NCBI GenBank assembly: GCA_964016885.1
Contig: OZ024741.1
Location: forward strand, 155,558,001 to 155,622,000
Reading direction: 5' to 3'
Origin: Eledone cirrhosa
Taxonomy: Eukaryota
Length of the DNA stretch: 64,000 bases
Shown here: one piece after another, positions 26,176 to 40,384 of the stretch
How the letters are laid out: each line of letters opens with the position of its first letter
Position numbering within the stretch: the first letter of the stretch is position 1
Program-made: the position numbers and the translations under genes
Notes under the pieces: generated by a model
What the model saw: the letters and a program-made list of their open reading frames with translations, nothing else
Told to the model about the DNA's origin: nothing
Databases searched by the model: none

Positions 26176-26700
26176 GAGTGAGAGAGAGAGAGGGAGAGAG
26201 AGATGCAGAAGGAGTGGTAGAGAGAAAGAGATAGGCCGTTATACAGAGAGAGATACAATTAAACTGTTAGATATTCAGAGAAAGAGAGAGGCAGAGAGAA
26301 AGAAAGAAAGAAAGAAAGAAAGAAACATTGAGAGAGAGAGTGAGAGACAGACGTCCCGCAAAAGTCTAGAATCTGCTTAAACTATAGATCAAATTATCAG
26401 TTGAAGGTTTAACAATATTGCGTTAGCTTTTATAAAGTCGTTTTACGCCAGTCTTTGATTTTACAGAACACAGAAACAATTGATACTATTTGAAATTAAT
26501 CTACAGTGTATAGTAATTTAGCCTTTTGAGGATAGTGTCAGTTACTATTGACCTAATTCAGATGACGCATTGTGAACCTATTCTCTAAGGCTGCTATTTG
26601 CATTTATTTCTATTTTTTTTATATTGCTTTGTGCTGTTCTTTTTTATATTGCTTTGTATTTGTTTTTTTCACCATATTTTCCAGGAAAATTAATTTGATC

Positions 26701-27105
26701 ATGTCACCAAAACAAAACAGTGCTCATCTATCGGGGGAGTTACAATGTTCGCCAAATGGTTGAAATCTTCAAGCGAAAGAGAAATTCACGAACAATATAG
26801 AAACATACTTGGGAATAAAGGAACAAGTCAACATTGTGACAGTCAGCAGAATATGTTACAGGAAGCAGAAAGGTTAAGACAACGAGAAACATGATTGCAA
26901 CTTTCTGAAAGTGTACAAAACCTGAGACAGGAAACAGAAAGATTAAGGCAAGAAGAAAGACTATCGCAACAAACAGAGGTTCAATATGAAAATCACCGAG
27001 AGGCAATGTGAGTTGCGATGCAAACTCAACGAGTACAAAGGACTTTTCAAGGTAGAATAAACTGGCTAAGAGCTGCTTTTTGATATGATCCATCGAAGAA
27101 TTATA
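26701..27105 (+). pseudogene. Helitron RepHel N-terminal fragment
   Basis: MSPKQNS start, R/E/Q-rich coiled repeat (RQETERLRQEERL), ending LRAAF*YDPSKNY, typical of Helitron N-termini; contains stops. Confidence 0.55.
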
Positions 27106-27177
27106 TTTATGTGTGTATGTATGCATACATATTCATATGTATGTATATGCGTATATATGCACATGCATATGTACGTG

Positions 27178-27470
27178 TGATGGCGCCAGGCTGAGTTGTT
27201 ACGGTGTACGACTCACTATCGTGAGTTGGAAACCTTGTATGTGCGTTTTGTCCTTCAGCAAAACATTTTATTTTACGTCGTTGGATTCCACCTGGCTAGC
27301 AAAAATAAGCTGTACCTCTAATTCAATAGGCCAACTTTGTCACGTTAAATCGCTATGAGAGCTATGTTAAAGGTACACTTGTTTGTGGAATGTTCAGCCT
27401 CCTGAATGATAATTTCACGAGCAGGACTTTCCGCTGATTGTATCAACTGGAAAATACGTTTTTGGAAACG
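27178..27470 (+). mobile_element. Degenerate CORE-type SINE; related pieces at about 39613-39730 and 50515-50610
   Basis: TGTCCTTCAGCAAAACATTTTATTT..CCACCTGGCT..AAAATAAG resembles the CORE domain; taatttcacgagcag 3' part is shared with about 50540. Confidence 0.5.
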
Positions 27471-27530
27471 ACAGTGAAACACAACAAAATATCTTTTGCT
27501 TTTGAGCACTATTTACTTTCACACACACAA

Positions 27531-27648
<118 letters not shown>

Positions 27649-27651
27649 ATC

Positions 27652-27687
<36 letters not shown>

Positions 27688-27699
27688 ATATGCTTAATT

Positions 27700-30426
27700 T
27701 TTCTTTTTTCCACATTACTCCTTATAATGTGTTTTCTGTAGCATAACATCCTTTTGTAACTCGTGATTTTCTATATGATGTAACTGACACTGACAATAGT
27801 TATGTATCTATCTAAATGTTTTGAAGACAATGATTTTAATTACCTGTTGAAACATTCTGTATGCTCCGATGATACCAGACATCCGTCTGGAAGAAACAAT
27901 TGTCAGCAATTAAATACATTAAACTAAGATTTGATTGTTTTAATATTTTGTATCTCGGCTCTGTAATACATTTGATAATTTGCATTGAGCCTTTTCCTGG
28001 CTATTACTTAGTACGACCCTCCATATTTATAATTGTATATAAAACATATATAAGTATAAATATTATTATTATTACTAATATCTGCTCCTTCTTGTTGAGC
28101 TGACATATATAAAATTACCGGTATGTTGATCAAAGGTTATCTTTTTTTGTCTTTAAAGAACATACTGATCCCATCTAAAGATACATATTTTAAAACTACT
28201 GATTAATAGTGTCAATTCTTTTATTAAAAAAGTTAGATGGAGGGCTTTCCACTATGATAGGAACTGCGCTGTGAAAGATCAAGATGCACCTTCGTTTGAA
28301 TCATACGGTTTCAAAACATATAAAAGCCCACCATATAATTCATTACTGGACTCATTTGAAAATGACCTTGTGTCACTTGTTAAAAGAATTAAATACAGAA
28401 AACACTACAATAAGAAGAACAATTTTCTAAATAACCTAAATTCCACTATCAAACACTTTCATAAAAATAGGAATATCTTAGTACTAGCTGATAAATCTAA
28501 AAACATATATAGCCTAGATTATGATACATATAGAAAATGTATATATAATGAACACTATAAAAACTACAAAAAAAACATCTCATAAAAACCTAGACGATAT
28601 AAATATTGAAGCCCGTAGATTAATATGTAAATTAGGATTAGAGAGATATACTCAACCTTACACCCCTAATCCTTACACCCCTAATCCCCCACGATTCTCT
28701 CTGAAAGACTATAAGGAAGACTTCATCCCTCAATTAGAAGACCAATCCCTCAATTAGACTAATTTGCCCCTCCAGATCCGACATTGGTATTATTATTAAA
28801 AACATATTGGATAAAGTTATCCCCCAAATTAAACAAAAAATCCATTTTAACCTCTGGGAAAATACTAGCGAAGTAAGTGGTATTAATGAACATAATAATA
28901 AAAAATGTATCCAATTTGATATTAACTCTTACTACGCCTCTATTTCACCTATCCTTTTAAATAAAGCACTAATAATTGCCATGAATAATATTGAACTTAC
29001 TAGATCCCAGGTAGATATCATCCTTGCGTCGAGGAAAACCATAATTTTATTTGAAGACCAATTATGGACCAATTATGGACCCGCAAGAATACACCTAACA
29101 ACTTCGATATCACTATGGGATCTAGCGACTCGGCACAGGTCAAAGACTTAGTTGGTTGTATCACTTTCGATAAAAACACCAAAAATGTTAACTTCCTTGA
29201 TGTTACTTAGACTCTAAAACGTATATCCCTTATCATAAACCTAATGAAAAACTTTATTATGTTAATACCAACTCTAACCACCCCAAATCTGTATTGAGCT
29301 CAATCATTAAAGGGGTATCTAATAGAATTTCTAGTCTTTCTTACAACTATACTATATTTAACCGTAACTCCCAATACTATAATGAAGCCTTAGCTCATTC
29401 GGGCCATAGAGATAACATTAAATATAAACCTAAAACGTCATCTACTCATAAACAATCTGATATAATTTCACATAACATGACCATGAATAAAATTAAATAT
29501 AATCATAGTATTGAAAATCCCGATTCCAGTATCATAAAAAAGTTAACTCGCCCCACGACAATAATCCTAAGAAAACCACAGAAAGACAAATTATGTTAAA
29601 AACAAAAATATAAATAATACTGTACCTAACACCACACGAAACAATAATATAAATAACAATCATAAGAAGAATAGAAGAAGTAACACATTTTATAATTCTC
29701 CTTTCAACTTAAATGTCTCCACCAACATACCTAAAGCTTTCTTCTCTATTTTAGATAAAAACTTCACAATTAACCATTAATACCATAACCTATTTAACAA
29801 AATACTATTAAAATCTCTTACTCTACCACACCCAACATTGCAGACCATATAGCTAGCAGTAACACGAGGAAGATTAATAAATACTTCAAATTACACCAAG
29901 TTATGTCCAACATAGAAATAATCTTAACAATAACTCAGTACAGGACTATATTGCAAGTAATAGTAATAATACCAATAATAATGATATTAATACTTACCAT
30001 AATTTTAATACTAGAAGTATAAACAGTAATAACCGCTCAACTTCATACCCCCTTAACCAATATACTAGTTACCAAAGCAATTGTAATTGTAGACGTAATA
30101 GAACATACCCATTATGTAATAACTGACTTATTAAAGACATTATCTACTCCTGTACTGTTAGTGATAATTATATTTCGAAAGTTTATATAGGTTCAACATC
30201 GAATAGTTTTAAGACCCGATATAATTCCCACCGTAATTCATTTAGAAACCCTAGACTTAATAATGTAACTTCACTATCCACATACATACACTTATTACCA
30301 TCAAATAATATACCATATACCTTAGAATGGGGAGTAATATGATGATACCAGACATCCGTCTGGAAGAAACAATTGTCAGCAATTAAATGTATTAAACTAA
30401 GATTTGATTGTTTTAATATTTTGTAT
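27700..30426 (+). mobile_element. Decayed Naiad-like Penelope element with an 86-bp terminal direct repeat (27868-27953 = 30341-30426)
   Basis: LRWRAFHY, YGFKT, ADKS, IQFDINSYY, FLDVT, SNHP, CNC..VYIGST; many frameshifts; flanked by (TA)n. Confidence 0.88.
27862..27908 (+). ncRNA. Minimal hammerhead in the Naiad terminal repeat
   Basis: TGCT-CCGATGA-TA-CCAGAC atcc GTCTGG-AA-GAAA-CAATTG-TC-AGCA. Confidence 0.75.
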
Positions 30427-30561
30427 ATATATATATATATTTCCAGGTGGTGCTACTAAGTTAGACATGGCCTGGGAGAATACTAGCCGAAACCTGTCAA
30501 AGTTATCAAGTTATATATATATATATATATATAAAGTTACATATATATATATATATAAAGT

Positions 30562-30660
<99 letters not shown>

Positions 30661-30755
30661 GAAGTAATTCCGTCGGAAAAGTCCAGGAAAAAAGAGTGCT
30701 CTATGTAGGAAACAGAGCTTAATAGTTATGTAATAAACAAATTTTGTTTATTACA

Positions 30756-30802
<47 letters not shown>

Positions 30803-30809
<7 letters not shown>

Positions 30810-31377
30810 TATAAAGTAAGAAGAAATATTAGACATAAATAAATACCCATTTTTTCATAGAGATTTAACATTTGTGTGAGGTAGGCCGACTTTTCAAGGG
30901 AACACCTAAAGGAAAAATGTCAAAACGTGTCTGCATCACACCAGAGAATCTAGAAAAGGCGGAGGGAGACCCTATCACATGATACAGTGGTTAAGAAATG
31001 GGATTGAATCCCTTGTAGCAGTGAAAAATATCACAAAGGCTACAGAAGGGTGGTAAGTAAGACTAAAAGTGTATATAGTATTAGCTTGAAAGCAGTCACT
31101 ATACTTCCTTGAGGGAGTTATAGACAATAATGGGAGGTACACAAATATATGTGTATACATACATATACATGCATATATACACATAAGCGCGATGCAGACA
31201 TGCTTTGAAACCTTTCCCCGAGGTGTTCCCTTGAGAAGTCGGCCTACCTCACAGAAATGTTACATCTCTATGATATAGAATTTTTGCATAGTAGCCACGA
31301 AACTGTACAGTCGGGAATTTGAAGAAAAAATGGGTATTAATTTATGTCTAATATTTCTTCTTACTTTATAATATATT
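30803..31377. repeat. Inverted repeat pair (30803-30907 / 31221-31377) of a Penelope pLTR-like sequence
   Basis: Left arm is an internally deleted reverse complement of the right arm. Confidence 0.85.
31226..31317 (+). ncRNA. Hammerhead motif with long stem II
   Basis: TTCCC-TTGAGAA-GTCGGCCTAC...GTAGCCAC-GAAA-CTGTACAG-TC-GGGAA. Confidence 0.65.
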
Positions 31378-31546
31378 ACATAGCTCTGATATAGAGTCAA
31401 TTTAATTATTCGGATTATCTTTCTCTCATAATCATAGAGCAAGACTGGTTAAGGGCGACAACACACAATCTCACATACTTGTGAAAAATGTATTTCTATA
31501 TATGCATGTATATGTATGTATACACATATATTTGTGTACCCCTCAT

Positions 31547-31634
<88 letters not shown>

Positions 31635-31638
<4 letters not shown>

Positions 31639-32050
31639 AGCTTCTGAAGATTACTTCTATCAAAATAAAAAAAACTTCCACCAAATTAAAGCAGAACCAG
31701 CCTGATATTGTTGTTTGGGATCACACATTGAACACGTGCTCTGTTGCAGAGATCAGCTTGCCCAGTTGATGTCAACGTTGTAAGAAGAATACAGGAGGAC
31801 ATCTACGGACCATTGATGAGGAGTTTGCGGATCCAGTATCCAAGATACACCTTCAGCTTCATACCCATCATTATTGGAGCTACAGGTTATATACCAACCC
31901 GCTTGGATCAAAGTATGACTGAACTTGGATTTGCGGACAAAGAGCAAAGCTCCCTAATTCATATGCTACAAATGGCTGACATAGATGGCACCTTCAAAGT
32001 TTGCAAAACAATCTTGCGATTTAAGGGATGACAATTTCTTTTCTTTTACA
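31635..32050 (+). pseudogene. RLE domain fragment of an RLE-clade LINE
   Basis: KQNQPDIVVWD..VAEIS(C)PVDVN..YGPL..FIPIIIGATG. Confidence 0.7.
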
Positions 32051-33216
32051 ACCTTGCCACCAGGAAGGTGGCCGGTCAAAAATGTACACGAAATTAAGAG
32101 AAAGAGAAACATATATACATATACACATATATATACATACGTACGTACATGCATACATGCGTACATTCATATATACATATAAAGATACATACATCTATTT
32201 ACCTATACATATTCATACATACATACAGAATTCTAAATAATTAACAATGTTAACCTCATAGAAAATATGATTGCGTCATCATGCTTATAAATAATTATAA
32301 ATAAATAATGATATATAATGTTGCTATATATGTAATGTTGCTATATATTTATTTAAACTATTAATTTCATTATTTTATATACAACACAATTCATATATAT
32401 ATCTGTCTGACTGTGTATGTAAGTGTGTCTGTACATGTGTGTGTGTGTGTGTGTGTATGTTTGTGTGTCTACCCAGTGTGTGTCTGTCTGTATCTATGTG
32501 TCCTTGTGTATGACTGTGTGTATGTCTCTATATCTCTGTGTCTGTGTTTATCGGTCTGTGTGTGTACCTGCATGTCTGCGTTCGTGTGTGTGTGTGTGTG
32601 TCTCGGTGTATGCGTCTGTCTGTGTTTGTGTGTCTCTGTGTATATCTGTGTATCTGTGTCGGGGACCCTGTGTCCGTTTGTGCGTTTGTTCTGTAGAGAA
32701 TAAAATGTTGAATTAACTTAAATAAAGCGTAAAATCAAATGCATTGGTGCAAGTTCGTATCATTCTACACATGAAAAATGTATTCCCTTTTCGTACATGT
32801 GTATGAATTGACTAGGAGAAACACCAAATGAAGAGCAATGATTCTGGTATGTATTTTATAATAACTTTAGATGGCGATTGTACAATACCAAACTTATGTG
32901 CTTACAAACGGCTCAACATAGTCTCCTCAAATGCACATTTATAACAAAAGCTATTACAAATTTCATTAATGAAGTTTCTCAAAAAATAATAAACAAACAA
33001 AAATGATATTTATTTGATGCTCCAATGATTGATCGTCAGTTACTCGAAGAAAGAGGAAAGAGAAAAAGAACTACGACACAACTCCAGGAAAACATTGCAA
33101 CACAAGACTAAATTAAAATATAATTGCAGTTTTCTAAATACAGCTTGTGATATTTTCAAAGGAAGTGCATGCATATTACTCATTTCATTGAGAGGTACTA
33201 AGATGCAATTATTCTA

Positions 33217-34725
33217 AAACACTTCAGCTGGATTGTCGAATGAGGGGTAGATGAAATCAATACATTCTTCCATAGTTGTTGCTTGGAGAACCATTTCTTT
33301 TGGCAAAATAATTTCCTCATCTTCAGTTTTTTTTTATCTTATCTTCTCCAATATCCAATAGTAACTGTGAATAGTCTCCTGCTCCCCCAGGAAATCGCAT
33401 GTTTGTCTCCAACTGAAATCTTTCGAAGCTTCGCCATAAGTAGGATTTTTTAATGCAGGCGTTTTCCACATCCGCTTCATTTCCTCTTTTCACTACCGGA
33501 AGAAGCTGACGGAAATCGCCACAGCAAATTGTCAAAATTCCACCGAATGCCTCATTGTTGTCGCAGAGTGAGGTCAACAGCTTCGAAGCTTTCCCCCCGA
33601 ATCATAGGACACTCATCCCAAACAATCAGCCTTGTATGCTGGAAGAGGTTTGCTGTCTTTGAGTTTTTATCAATGTTGCACAGACCATTTTCTTTCACTA
33701 CTATCGGTATTTTGAACCTAGAATGCGCTGTTCTTCCACCAGGCATCAGTGTTGCGGCAATGCCAGATGACGCAACAGCAATAGCCACGTCCCCGTTTCC
33801 CCTGACTTGAAAGAATTAAGTTAATCAGGAATGTCTTTCCTGTTCCACCTGGAGCGTCAATGAAAATCAATGCAGATGTGTTCGTCTCTAAACTGTTACA
33901 AATGAAGTCATACACGTGTTTTTATTCACTATTCAATAGAGGCCCCGTCTCCTCTACAAATCGTCGCTGCTCTTCTCTGCTGTATTGCAATTCATGCAAT
34001 AACTCCAAATTGCCAATATCCTGATTAGCAACAATAGTATTTGGCCTTGGCAAATTAAAGTCACTAAGACTTTTGCCCAGGTCATTAAGTTTGTCTTCAA
34101 AATACAGAAGACATTGATCATAATGTCTCTCGCTAATCAAAAGGTTAGAGTTTCTGGTAGCCCTTCTTTTTATTTGAAGGTAATCCTCAGACAGCGAATG
34201 CTTAAATCGAACCCATAAAGCACTGGAATTGTCAATTTCCGTATTTTTGAAGAGCACGATGAATAGATCTCTCGTGGCTTTGGGAAGCCTTGTTCGCTCA
34301 GCAGCTTCCAGAGTCTGCTGCCAATGATCATCCGATTGAAGCAAACCTTTCTCTCTGCAGACGTCTTTGAATAATGTCAGGAGTTCTCCATCACACATTT
34401 TCAAAGAGTTGAAGGATACTGGCCCTTTGACGTGATGCAGAAGGAGTCTTACATAATACAGGTCACCACTTCGTGGAGAAACAGTGTATACTCGTCCCAA
34501 AACGTTCGCCTCAAAAATCCCTGGATACTGCTCAACTGTTTTCCCCACCTTTCTCCTTTCCCATCTCTTATTACTCCAAGTGTAAAACTTTGGTCATCTT
34601 AGCCATGTTATTGTTTACTTTAACAGCAGCTTTGACCCGTAAGAAGATTTGATTTTCTTCAGGTAGATGAACTTGAAGGCGAAGTATGGCCTGTTCTCTC
34701 TCATGAATTGGAAATCCAAGTACCA
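33217..34725 (-). pseudogene. Helitron RepHel PIF1-like helicase fragment, frameshifted
   Basis: LGRVYTVSP..YYVRLLLHHVKGP, Walker A FIDAPGGTGKTF, VASSGIAATLMPGGRTAHSRFKIP, WDECPM, FGG..GDFRQLLPVV, LETNMR. Confidence 0.92.
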
Positions 34726-35627
34726 AGGCAACAAATATTCTGTTTAAAGAAAGCTGAAATATATATAGTCAGTGTACAATTAATTTGTATTTTTTAAGTC
34801 ATTTTCACTTAAGAATATTTTTTAAATATGCCAAATATTTTTTCCATCGTATTCACTCGAAAATAATAAAAAAAAAAATGAAGATATTGTCTATGTAAAT
34901 AAAGCTATTTGTGAAATCAAATTCACTTTAAAATATTTCTAAATAATTGAAATATTCTTTTTAACAAAAGCAAAAATATAAACACCTACTGTTTAACACC
35001 AACTGGTAATTTTCAGTGATATTCACTTAATGCTTTTCTGATAATTAAAATATCGTCTGTTTAAAGAAAGCTCAAATATAGATACTTGAAGTACAAACAA
35101 CTTGTAGTTTTGAAATCATATTCACTGAGAAATCACTGAAAAATCCTTTTTTAATAATTATTAAAAATATTTCTCGAATGATGAAAATAGTTTATGTCGA
35201 TTTACGTCAAACTTGTTTTATCCCCATTTCAGGGTTATATCACTTACAAGGCTATTTCTCCATTATACACCGTTTTGGCTATTTACGAAGGTATCCTACC
35301 CCCCCCCCCCCCACACACACATGTCTCTAAGTACGTAAACACATGCACTGGCACAGGTACACATACAGATACACAAGGTGGCAGTAGAACTGTGAAAGAG
35401 AGAGAAAGAAATAACGTTATGGATAGAGGGAGAGAGTTAAAATAAATAGAAGTTAAGGACGTTGACTCTTTCCCTATCTGTCATTCCCCCTCTCTCTCTC
35501 ATCTCTTTATTCTATCTCTCATCCCCTCACCCTCTCTCTTACTCTCTCTCACCCTCAGTCTCTCTTTTTCTCTCTCACCCTCACTCTCTCTTTCTCTCTC
35601 TCACCCTCACTCTCTCTTTCTCTCTCT

Positions 35628-36128
35628 GGCACTGGTTTGTTATTGTCTGTCAAAAGTGAAAGTTTGCGTCTCAGCAAGCGGTGAACCCCGCCTACAATTC
35701 CTCCCGTCGTTTATATCCGTAAAGTGACTAAAGATTAAGACAAATGTAATATATTTACGGTTAGGGTTAGGGTTAGTTTTTAGGGTTAGGGTTAGGGTTA
35801 GGGTTAGGGTTAGTTTTTAGGGTTAGGGTTAGGGCTAGTTTTTAGGGTTAGGGTTAGGGTTAGTTTTTAGGGTTAGGGTTATGGTTAGGGTTAGTTTTTA
35901 GGGTTAGGGTTAGGGTTAGTTTTTAGGGTTAGGCTTAGGGTTAGTTTTTTGGGTTAGGGTTAGGGTTAGGGACGAGCTAAACATACAGAGAATAAAAAAA
36001 TTGAACAGAGAAGAAAAATATTGTGATTTCACTTTACGGATATAAACGACGGGAGGAACTATAGGCAGGGTTCACCGCTTGCTGAGTCGCAAACTTTCAC
36101 TTTTGACAGACAATAACAAACCAGTGCC
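35628..36128. mobile_element. 501-bp MITE with 100-bp TIRs and an internal telomeric array
   Basis: TIRs 35628-35727 and 36029-36128 (4 mismatches by my alignment); termini GGCACTGG..CCAGTGCC; possible 8-bp TSD CTCTCTCT. Confidence 0.85.
35759..35971 (+). repeat. Interstitial telomeric repeat (TTAGGG)n with periodic TTAGTTT variants
   Basis: Read directly from the sequence. Confidence 0.95.
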
Positions 36129-36749
36129 CTCTCTCTCACCCTCACTCTCTCTTTCTCTCTCTCTTTCTCTCGCTCACCCTCAATCTCACTTTCTCTCTAT
36201 CACCATCAGTCTCTCTTTCTCCCTCTCACCCCCCTCTGGACAACCAAAAAACAAACGGATTATTTCTTTGATATTCATTATAAAATAAGATAAATTGAAT
36301 TTAGATGAATTCCTTGCTATCTTTGGAAAGTTGAAAATATTGTCCATGTGCGATTTACGCCAAACTTGTTTTATTCAGAGTATTTTCTCATTATGCAATG
36401 TTTTGGCTATTTACGAAGTTTTGCAGGGTTATGTTAATTTCGAGGTATTTTACCAGTATGCATCGTTGTGGCTATTTACGAAGGTACCCCCCAAAACCCG
36501 CGAATCTCGGGAACCCGGAGTCAGATTTTCGCGAAACTTGTTGTGAATGACTTTGTGACTATACTTTGAGACTTTGTGACTATACTTTGAAACGTGTTGT
36601 GAATGACTTTGTGACTATACTTTGAGACTTATACACATTGGATTGGAAGTATCGGTAGAGGGTCGGACGCCAAGCTTTGCAGCATAGAGTCAAAAGTAGA
36701 AATAATTATTATATATTTTATTATGTTGGCTTTTATTTCGGTAGAAGTG

Positions 36750-37070
36750 ATGATTCTTGTCCGGAGGGGATTTTGTTCGGTGGTGATTTTGTCCGTTGGG
36801 GCTTTGGCTGGTGGCAATTTTTCCATTGAGGTCCTTATCTGGTGAAATTCCTGTCCGGATGGGATTTTGTCTACTGGGGAATTTGACCGGTGGTTTTCTT
36901 ATACTGATAATTTCTTGTTTGCTAGCGTTTTGTTCGGTGGCAATTTTGTCTGATGGAGTTTTCGTCCAGTGGTGATAGGAATTTTGTCATGGTCGATTTT
37001 CTCTTGTGGATTTTTGTCCTGTGGGGTGAGTATTTTATACTGGGATTTATGTATTGTGGAGTTTCGTGAT
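36750..37070 (+). repeat. Degenerate ~15-bp tandem repeat (GG..GGATTTTGTCC-like)
   Basis: Recurring gattttgtcc / gattttgttc / aattttgtc motifs; lies next to a SINE head at 36638-36692. Confidence 0.55.
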
Positions 37071-37125
37071 GAACCATTCTATATTATATTTATGAGATAT
37101 GAATGTGATATGCTACATACATAAC

Positions 37126-37319
37126 TAATAATTGTTTCTACTTTTGGCACAAGGTCAGCAATTACTCAGTACATTACTGGTACTTTATTTTATCGACCCC
37201 GTAAGGATGAAAGACAAAGTTGACCTCAGCGGGATTTGAACTCAGAATGGAAAAGGCCGTAACTCTATGCGTCAAAGCATGACGTCCGACCCTCTACCGA
37301 TACTGCCAATCCACCGCCC
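37126..37319 (-). mobile_element. tRNA-derived SINE with TSD (ctacataactaataat-like on both sides)
   Basis: Main family; acataactaataat at about 37118 recurs as acataactaataat at 37321. Confidence 0.88.
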
Positions 37320-39015
37320 TACATAACTAATAATAGCATTAACATTTTAATAAGTGTAACGAAGCATCTGTAGAAAATGTACATACAAGTGGCAACACTG
37401 TTGATGTTTTAACACTTTTGACACCAAACCGCTCGAAACTACTACTGATTCTGCGATATAAAACTATTTGATTTAAGATATTTATATCTATCTAAAATCA
37501 TAATATTATGTAAAAGTTCGTAAGTTATGTTCCAGCCACCAGCTTAACACCAACAAAGTTAGTTATACTACTAAATTCCTCCAAATTATGGATTATTTTC
37601 CAAATGATTTGCAAACAATAGACAGGGTTAATAAACAATGTTTCTACATTCTCATTACAGGTCAGGTGCTGCTCCACATTTCTCACTGTAGTTGCGCTTA
37701 TATTAATAATGACTAATACATTTAAAAAACAGGATGTCATAAGTATATATATTCACTAAATTTTTTGTGGGGGTTTTCAGTCATTATATTGGGGACATGT
37801 TGGGGGGCTGCCTTAAAAGGAGTGAGTTGATCATATCGACACCAATACGTATCTTTCAAAGCCTGACACTCATTTTATTGATGTATTTCGGTTAAACCGG
37901 TAAAGCTTCGGATATAAACACCGACGCAAACACAAAAGTAAACAGGTTCACAGACACATCCGTAAAGGTAAACTCAGTCACATCAGGAAATCACCAGGAA
38001 GCCCGAATGAAACAGTTCTAGTCCTGTAGAAGCCATTTCTATATTAAATATTTATAATCTGCTATGTATTGAGTACCTTACTTACTGTGGTTACTACCGA
38101 TTGAACCCGGGATAAACTTATATATATATATATATAATTGTAATCTGAGTTTTACGAGTATTAATAATAATATTCGATTCGTTTGCAATTATGAAAACAA
38201 GCCTCACTTTTAAAGCCATGTCAGTAGAATGAGCCCCTCATTCATGCTCTTGTATTGTCATGCAAACAGAAGTGCAGACACTAATGTTTCTGGGTATTAC
38301 CCTTCATCAGTACAGTTCACTCTTCACCTGCCAACTGTCAGAGCTAGTGAAAATATATATTTTCTAAAATATACAGTGACTGATCGGCCTGATTTGCATA
38401 TTAGCAGACTGGCTTATCAGCCAGATCTGTATATTAGCAGATCCTCTGATCAGCCGGGTGTATGTATGGTAGACTTCGACATAGATTCCATCTAACAAAT
38501 TTCACTAAGACACGGGTCTATCAGTGGCTCAGTGGTTATAGTAGAAGATAGTTGACCACACACACACACACATATATATATTTATCTATATATATGTGCG
38601 TATGTCGGGGCGTATATATATATATATATATTTAAAATAAAATAGAGGTGTGACACACGAATTGTGATATATTAGTAAAAAGGAAAAGAAAATGCTGACA
38701 AATTTTTCCCAGTTTAATTAGGAATAAGTATAAATTAGTAATAAGTATTGGTTAGTATTCAGTTTTAGTTTTAACTTTTTACCGGTTGTCATTTCTAATG
38801 CTTTTCAAAAATAATTTTGAGATAGAGCGCTTGTGATGTTTGCTCTAAAAAATTGTCAGCATTTTCTTTTCCTTTTTACTAATATATATATATATAACTA
38901 ATAATAGCATTAACATTACACATATTACACAAATATGACCCTCCCCAAGTATAACAATATTTGTTTCGACACACGATTTCATATAAAAAACCTCGCTAAA
39001 CTAATTCATCGCCGC

Positions 39016-39057
<42 letters not shown>

Positions 39058-39165
39058 TAGGTGGGGACAATAAAGGTAAGAAATATATATGTAAAAATAT
39101 ATGTATTTAAATATGCCTCTATCTGAGTGTGTTTGTTTGTGTATATGTGTGAGTAAGTGTATGTA

Positions 39166-39206
<41 letters not shown>

Positions 39207-40029
39207 GTAATATATAAGTAAAGATAAAAAGCAAAGTCCATTGCAGTGTGAGTTGAATGAATGTTGCAGCAAAAAGGGCTGTGTTTGAATAATGTTTGGC
39301 AGGCTTCACAACATTAACGTCTAGTGTCTTAGTCGGTCGCCGTAAAAGATTCCGTCAGATGTCTCCAGCGTTTGAAGTTACAAACCTCTAAATTGCCTTA
39401 TTCACCGCCATCTTTCATTATTTTCAATTGACCGAATCTATTCAGACTAATTATTGTTGTGTCTCTTTCTCTCTTTTTTCAATTTACCACGTCTATATAT
39501 CGCGACAAATCTAATTATTTGCTCTTCAGTCGAAATACCAATATGGTTGCTCTGCTATTTTGAATACTTTCAAAGGAATAGACTAAATTTAGATTCTTCT
39601 TCTTCACAAAGTGTGGCCTAGCAGTTAGGGTGCTGAAGTCACGTTCATAAGATCGGATGTCTGATTGTTGAATGGGATAGCACGCTCTGTTCTTGAACTT
39701 AATACTTTACTTCAGGCTGCTCCTTCTGCTAGGAGTAGCATTCACTAGATAGTATCAGCACTGCAATGACATATGGAAACAATTGATGATCGACTTCTTT
39801 CCTTTTCTTTCTTCCGCCTGTGGGTAACTACGAAGACCTAACCACTATAAAGAAATATTAACCATATATATGACCACATAACGGAAACTATATGGAAGCC
39901 AATCGGATGGCCTGTACCTATATTTTAAATGTCCGACCTACTCAATCACTAGCACGTTAATTTCAACATTCGTCGTGTGTTTATATGTGTCTATGTACAC
40001 ATGTGTCTATATGTATGTCTGTATATGTG

Positions 40030-40111
<82 letters not shown>

Positions 40112-40153
40112 CTGTGTGTGTCTGTGTACATGAGTGTATGTATATGCATACGT

Positions 40154-40188
<35 letters not shown>

Positions 40189-40281
40189 ATCGCATGGATG
40201 TAAGTATCTGCATATGTATGTGACTGTATATGGGTGTGTGTCTGCGTATATATGTATGCTTGTATATGGGAGTGTTTGTGT

Positions 40282-40375
<94 letters not shown>

Positions 40376-40384
40376 AATGGTAGC

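Noticed and set aside
26685-26763. Host exon after ttttccag
   Set aside because: Better explained as the start of the Helitron RepHel N-terminal fragment.
33217-34725. Host PIF1 helicase gene
   Set aside because: Frameshifted and preceded by Helitron-specific linker motifs (FPIHER, LQVHLP, LGRVYTV).
35759-35971. True telomere or chromosome fusion site
   Set aside because: Short, single orientation with no head-to-head CCCTAA, and enclosed by TIRs.
36541-36630. Three copies of GACTTTGTGACTATACTTTGA
   Set aside because: Simple local slippage duplication with no further structure.
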